Sequence record: NZ_MK262712.1 | Length of the DNA: 64,000 nucleotides | Strand: one strand, 5' to 3' | Origin: a plasmid | In this document: piece after piece, positions 59,075-64,000 of the stretch | How the letters are laid out: each line of letters begins with the position of its first letter | How positions within the stretch are numbered: the first letter of the stretch is position 1 | Translations under genes and position numbers: made by a program | The notes under the pieces: generated by a model | Seen by the model: only the letters and a program-made list of their open reading frames with translations | Databases searched by the model: none | What the model was told of the DNA's origin: nothing

Positions 59075-59835
59075 TTGGAGAATACCCTGGGTTAATTTTT
59101 GATTTTCAAACTAAGGAACAAATTTTTTAAACAAAAAAGAGAAAACGCTGAAGTTATAAAAGTTACTTTTCAATGAGTTTTTTTCTTATCGACATGTCAT
59201 TATCAATTAGTTACAAAATTCGCCCTGTTTCATTCATTTCACTTTGCCAAAGAAAACATATTGATTTTAAAGTAGATTTTGACAACCTCTTTTCTCCCGT
59301 AATCCTTTTTATCCTCCTGTACATTCTTGGTTTCTTCGAAAAAGTCACTTTTTTGTCCATGCAAACACTGTTTTTGCGATCATAAAAGTAACTTTTGGAC
59401 CTGATAAATTACGATGTCCTTTAAAAAAGTGACTATTGGTCACCATCTTAATGTTCACTTCTTGAGCAAGGACAACCAGGGAGTTGAGAAAAGTCACTTT
59501 TTGGCTGTGATACAGTTCAGGTGTTAATTTTCCCCTTCCAGCTTAACTACCATAATTAGTGGGTCATCAAAAGAGGCGCACAGATCCTCCAAAAATGGTC
59601 CTAGAATGTAGAGAAAATGGAGAAATTTTGAATAATTTGTAACCCACATAACATATTGATCTTTAATAGTTTAATGTTATTTTTGGAATAATTATCTAAA
59701 TGACTACGGTTACACATAGCACTTTGGAACATAATCAGCTATAGAAGATAAAACTTATGCTTTTACCCTCTTCCCATGGGCCATTTCTAAATGTAAATTT
59801 AGGAGAATTCTTATGTTTGTCATGAAAGGAATATC

Positions 59836-60150
59836 ATGAAAAGTCGGATGGTAGAGGTCGCTGGGTTAAATCTTAAAATTACCATACATAACAACATGTT
59901 AGCTTTGAGTTATAATATTGACGGGCTCAGTATTTACAATTCAAGTCGTATTATTCGCAACTCAAAACTAACCGAATCTGAGATTTTCGCAAGAATTGAC
60001 GCTGATTTGGTTAGCAAAGTTTTTTCTGTAAATATCAAGCAGATAAACAACATCGTACACTCTAATGTCTGCGTAATACCTATACAGACTCAAGCTAAAC
60101 AGGTTAACTTTGCGGCTGGAGTAATGGCGTCTTGTTTCAAGAATTTCTGA
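59836..60150 (+). CDS. Hypothetical protein (104 aa).
   Basis: ORF only. Confidence 0.3.
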   Translation: MKSRMVEVAGLNLKITIHNNMLALSYNIDGLSIYNSSRIIRNSKLTESEIFARIDADLVSKVFSVNIKQINNIVHSNVCVIPIQTQAKQVNFAAGVMASCFKNF

Positions 60151-60294
60151 TTAATAGTCTAGATACCATAGGGATAATCGGAAGTATTATCGCTCCCCTG
60201 CTCGTGATGTCAGCTGGTTCTGGTGACATAAAAATACCCCCTTACCTAGCGATCTTTTCCTGATAGGATAGGAATATTTGTGAGGGGGGTAAAT

Positions 60295-60963
60295 ATGTGG
60301 GTCACAAAAGATAATGAAATTATCTCAGATGCTGAACCGGATTCAGACGGTTTTATGGAAGTTCGCCGTCCATGCCCTGACTGTTTAGGTTCAGGTATAA
60401 ACTGCCTCCAGTGTGCGGGTTCTGGCTCATTGCCGGCTGTTATGGAAAAAGTATATCCTGTGTACGAGTGGGCTTCTAAAAACTCTCTACAGATGCCATT
60501 TAAATCACCTGAACAAGCACTTATTAAAAGCTTTCTTAAAGTTATTTTAGAGGCACCCAATCAGGGTAAAAGTAATTTTTACTCAGCACTCATCCAAAAA
60601 TTGGATAAAAGTTACTTTCCTACAAAGTTACAATTTCGATGTCTGAAACCTAATGGATATAGAAAAAGTTCAGCAGTCAGCCTTCAAGTACGGCCCTTTA
60701 CTGCCAAAATCGGTACCAAACTGTATCTGGCTCTCACCGTAATTAAAATTCAGGTGCTCACCAGAAAATGTTCTTCTGAGAGTTTTTCATCTTTACTTTT
60801 GGAGACCTCTGACCACCGGCATTTTATTGCTTATGATACGCACCCATCAGGGTTTATTCTTGGTAATATAATTAATTGCAATGTCCAAGTTGTTAAACGA
60901 CTCTGGGTTAATAATATGAGTATATTGCTGGTGAAAATGATTTCATCTTCTCTGATTAAGTGA
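60295..60963 (+). CDS. Hypothetical protein with a DnaJ-type CxxCxGxG zinc-finger pair.
   Basis: …CPDCLGSGINCLQCAGSGS…. Confidence 0.4.
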   Translation: MWVTKDNEIISDAEPDSDGFMEVRRPCPDCLGSGINCLQCAGSGSLPAVMEKVYPVYEWASKNSLQMPFKSPEQALIKSFLKVILEAPNQGKSNFYSALIQKLDKSYFPTKLQFRCLKPNGYRKSSAVSLQVRPFTAKIGTKLYLALTVIKIQVLTRKCSSESFSSLLLETSDHRHFIAYDTHPSGFILGNIINCNVQVVKRLWVNNMSILLVKMISSSLIK

Positions 60964-61018
60964 CAGTGGTTACCAAACACAAGTTATAAGTCTTTTAAAG
61001 AGGCAATACTTACTCGTT

Positions 61019-61783
61019 ATGAATAGTCATAAGAATTACAAAGAGTTAGGGTTATTGCAGGATTTTTTTAGAAAAAACCATAAAGCTACCTTTAATTGTG
61101 ATCAAAATAAAGTTGAGATCACCTCTAGTGATATCACTCCACTTCTTGTTAAAGGTAAAAGTAACTTTCAACAGGCTAAGTTTTGTTTATCCGGACCGGT
61201 GATGCATTTACGGTATCAACCTTTATGGTTTGCTATTTTGCTGGGACTGAACGCTAGACAACCAATCCATCAAGAACTTCAGTTCAGTATTTCACTTGTT
61301 GAACTTATAGAAAAATCGGGACGTGTTTGTCAGGCACTCGGAATCAGGCAAGTCAACTATACACTTGCTGAAGTTTCTTACTTTTTGTTGCTACTCATAG
61401 AGTTCAGAATCGAGATACAAAAAAGTAATATCTGTCAGACCTGTTCGGTTTTTACAGAAATCAGTCACGATATAGATTTTCAGTCTATCAGCATGGCTAG
61501 TGTTACTATCAATCCTAGAGTGGTTGACAAACTTTGGGAACTGACTAATTCGGCGTCAGTTTTTTTGACAACTCTCTTTTTTGCCAAGCGCCCGGAACTA
61601 TACAGCCTACTGCAAAAGTTACTTTCAAAAACTGAAGAGGTTTCCCTTAGCGACATTGCTCCTGCAACGTTTCAACACGTACAGTTGTTATGCCGTCATG
61701 GCCTCGTCACCTACACTAAAAAGCATAAAATACTTGATATTCATAGTGTTAGTGTTTTAATTGAAGGCCTCCACCCATTGTAA
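61019..61783 (+). CDS. Hypothetical protein (254 aa).
   Basis: ORF. Two palindrome copies inside. Confidence 0.4.
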   Translation: MNSHKNYKELGLLQDFFRKNHKATFNCDQNKVEITSSDITPLLVKGKSNFQQAKFCLSGPVMHLRYQPLWFAILLGLNARQPIHQELQFSISLVELIEKSGRVCQALGIRQVNYTLAEVSYFLLLLIEFRIEIQKSNICQTCSVFTEISHDIDFQSISMASVTINPRVVDKLWELTNSASVFLTTLFFAKRPELYSLLQKLLSKTEEVSLSDIAPATFQHVQLLCRHGLVTYTKKHKILDIHSVSVLIEGLHPL

Positions 61784-61910
61784 ACAACCAGTAAAAGTAA
61801 CTTTCATAAAAAATTTACCAAACTGGCTTTTTTGACCACATAGCGAGAAACTTTTACAAAATAATACTGTACAGTCTAATTTCAGGAATGGTTCAGTCAT
61901 AGGTAAGAAA

Positions 61911-63089
61911 ATGAAACAAACAGCTGACTTTTTTATCTCTACAGAGCGGAACGGGAGGCTAGTCAAAAATTTGCGTGAATTTAGTGACGCAAATCCTGAC
62001 ATTTGCCACAAAGCGGTTAATGGCCAACCGTTTATGATCGACCCAAGGGCATTAGTGTTAGTTCCAAACTGGAACTGCCGTGAGATGGGTCTGGGAGAGG
62101 CATACTACAAATTACCTAAACCTGCCGAGCATATTCAGAATCTTAAAAAAGCATTTCTGAATGGGGCAGACATTGACCCTATAACTGTCGTTATTGTTGA
62201 CGGTAAACCACTGGTTCGACAGGGGAACTGTCGTACAAGAGCTGCGCTTTTGGCTCAACAAGAATCAGGTCTCCCCATCCTAGTTAGATTGCGTGAGTTC
62301 CAGGGTGACGAGATAGAACAAGAATGGCATTCTCTGGATGGGGCGAAATCTCTCCCCCTTTGCCCCGTAGGTCGCGGCATTGCCTATAGCAGACTGGTAA
62401 ATGATGCCGGGATGTCTGTTGAGCAGGTTGCACAACGGGAAAACATTTCTGAAATGGCAGTTCGCCAAATCATTTCTCTTGCAACCATCGATGACGAATT
62501 AAAGACGTTGATTAGTCAGGATGTTATTTCGTACACACTCTGTCTTGAATTAATTCGTGATCTTGGTGAAAAGGAAGCTCTTGATAAAATTCGGGCCGAC
62601 CTAAACGCCAAGATAATGGTTATTAATAGTTCCACCGGGAGTGATACCCTTCCTCTGAATGTTGCCGAAATAATTAAGTCTCATGGTAGTCCTAAGGCTG
62701 TCAGGGTCACTAAATCTTCACTGGGAGTGCAACCAATTCCTCGTAAACTGGCACAAAATCTCGCAGCCAGTACTAAAGAGGTTTGCAACAGATTACGAGC
62801 CTCCCTTCCCTCTTCGTTTGATCTCAATCAGATTGGACCCAACGAAAAAATAAATATTGAAGTTGACAGACATCTAATTGAACTTATATTTAATTCAGAT
62901 GACTCTATTCGTGGCCATGAAGCTAAGCTCGAGCGTAAAACAACAAAGGGAAAACTTTCTAGTTCTGCCCCATCAGTAACATCAGAGGTAAACTCTAATG
63001 CGCTGCCAGCTAATGATCCTATGGAGGAGCCCGCTTCAGAAAGTCAGGAAAATGAATTTTCGCTATTGAATTTACATTCCGCAGTTTGA
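61911..63089 (+). CDS. ParB/Srx-fold (ParB N-terminal domain) protein. It is possibly a KorB/ParB-like DNA-binding protein.
   Basis: …DGKPLVRQGNCRTRAALLA… resembles the ParB GxxRxxA arginine box. 392 aa. Confidence 0.5.
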   Translation: MKQTADFFISTERNGRLVKNLREFSDANPDICHKAVNGQPFMIDPRALVLVPNWNCREMGLGEAYYKLPKPAEHIQNLKKAFLNGADIDPITVVIVDGKPLVRQGNCRTRAALLAQQESGLPILVRLREFQGDEIEQEWHSLDGAKSLPLCPVGRGIAYSRLVNDAGMSVEQVAQRENISEMAVRQIISLATIDDELKTLISQDVISYTLCLELIRDLGEKEALDKIRADLNAKIMVINSSTGSDTLPLNVAEIIKSHGSPKAVRVTKSSLGVQPIPRKLAQNLAASTKEVCNRLRASLPSSFDLNQIGPNEKINIEVDRHLIELIFNSDDSIRGHEAKLERKTTKGKLSSSAPSVTSEVNSNALPANDPMEEPASESQENEFSLLNLHSAV

Positions 63090-63516
63090 ATTTAAACAAC
63101 GAGATAATTTAAATGATAGAGGGTTGGACTATGTCTGATAGTAAAATCAACGAGATGCAGGGAATCCCCCCTTTTCCAGAAAATGGAGAACCTATTGCAG
63201 TATTGGTTCCCCCGGTAGCAATGAATAATTTTCCGTTGGCTAATCCAGAAGAGGATTAACTACTCTTTGAACCTACTCGTCTTTAAAGTAAGGGGCTATT
63301 TTACAGCTCCTTATTTTATTGTAACTTAACCTAAAAACACCCCCCTATCGTTATAGACACTGAATAAAATCAATTCCGCTGTTTTTATTGAATGTTTTTG
63401 ATTTCTATAGATTAACTCCTTGTTCTCCCTTTTTTGTATTTTTAAAATAGGGTATGTACAAGCCTTTTTCATTTGATTTAATTGTGTCATACATAACGAG
63501 ATGGTGGGGCCTATCC

Positions 63517-63975
63517 ATGACACATTCGAATGAAAGATGGTATTCAGTTGACGGTCAGTTAATTGATAATAAACTTGTTTTCAATATTAATGAATTCAAC
63601 GGCACTGCTCGGTACGAAAAAAATTTTATCTGCTCATATTGTAAAGGCTCAGGTCGTCATCGTATCAGTTATGCAAATTCTTCAGGAAAATGTTCCGCGT
63701 GTAAAGGTACGGGCAAACAAGGTACCTTAATAAAAGAGTGTTTCACGCTTCAAATGCTTTTTAAAAAGAATTATCTAGCTGCTAAAAAGATTGTTTCTTC
63801 ACGACACTGTCGTGAGAGTCAAGGAAAAAATTTATCAGCCCTTGAGAGACAAATCATGTCTTCAAGCAACAAAAACCCCTTCCTTAAAAGCCTTACGCTT
63901 ACGATTCAAAGTGGTCGTCATCTTTCAACTAAGCAGATTGCTGTAGCAGAAAGTATCCTTTCCCAACTTAGCTGA
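63517..63975 (+). CDS. Hypothetical protein with DnaJ-type CxxCxGxG zinc-finger repeats.
   Basis: …CSYCKGSGRH…CSACKGTGKQGT…. Confidence 0.4.
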   Translation: MTHSNERWYSVDGQLIDNKLVFNINEFNGTARYEKNFICSYCKGSGRHRISYANSSGKCSACKGTGKQGTLIKECFTLQMLFKKNYLAAKKIVSSRHCRESQGKNLSALERQIMSSSNKNPFLKSLTLTIQSGRHLSTKQIAVAESILSQLS

Positions 63976-64000
63976 ACCTCCGAGTTAAAATGTCACTATC

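Noticed and set aside
7392-61804. The palindrome as a DNA uptake signal sequence (USS/DUS-like) linked to the CoiA-like competence gene.
   Set aside because: Known uptake sequences are asymmetric and much denser in chromosomes. This motif is palindromic, clusters at promoters and is confined to the mobile-element backbone. I cannot fully exclude it without genome-wide context.

Overview
This window looks like part of a large, AT-rich conjugative plasmid or ICE backbone from Enterobacterales. It has four parts.

(1) 1-7000: a higher-GC antibiotic-resistance mosaic. It contains the 3' end of qnrB, a yghA-like SDR, cinA, a yetF-like gene, a complete IS1, an MBL-fold gene, an IS3-family remnant, strA-strB with the Tn5393 terminal inverted repeat, and a Tn1721-like tnpA 3' fragment with its 38-bp IR. 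The whole block is inserted into a CoiA-like backbone gene.

(2) 8.4-11.5 kb: a group II intron carrying a reverse transcriptase/maturase ORF, sitting directly upstream of a tyrosine recombinase gene.

(3) 11.6-27.5 kb: a long run of minus-strand genes, mostly hypothetical. It includes a UvrD-like helicase, an SSB-like protein, an AAA+ (MoxR/CobS-like) ATPase, a linker protein, a vWA/HExxH (CobT-like) protein whose middle is encoded by a 9-bp tandem repeat, and a Toprim primase-like protein. It is followed by an stbD/stbE toxin-antitoxin pair and a nest of IS200/IS605-family elements: two TnpB copies, one TnpA and one TnpB fragment.

(4) 31.9-59.1 kb: an F/H-like type IV secretion (mating-pair formation) gene set. 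It encodes the pilin and TraL, TraE, TraK, TraB, TraV, TraC, a DsbC-like protein, a TraF-type signal peptidase, TraW/TrbC, TraU and TraN. The set is interrupted by a 1413-aa secreted beta-rich protein and by a plus-strand islet of a phosphoesterase plus three exported proteins. Beyond it lie zinc-finger proteins and a ParB-like protein.

The most striking unexplained signal is an 11-bp palindrome, AAAGTNACTTT (often extending to AAAAGTNACTTTT). It occurs about 31 times exactly between 7.4 and 61.8 kb, inside genes in all reading frames as well as between genes. Five copies are clustered in the leader upstream of the pilin gene. It is absent from the resistance mosaic. Other notable features are a G11 homopolymer tract, the intragenic 9-bp repeat array, a pseudogenised tra-like gene truncated by the IS605 nest, and a diverged duplicate of the helicase 5' end at the TnpB right-end junction.

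All calls rest on reading the ORF translations and the sequence by eye. No database searches were run.
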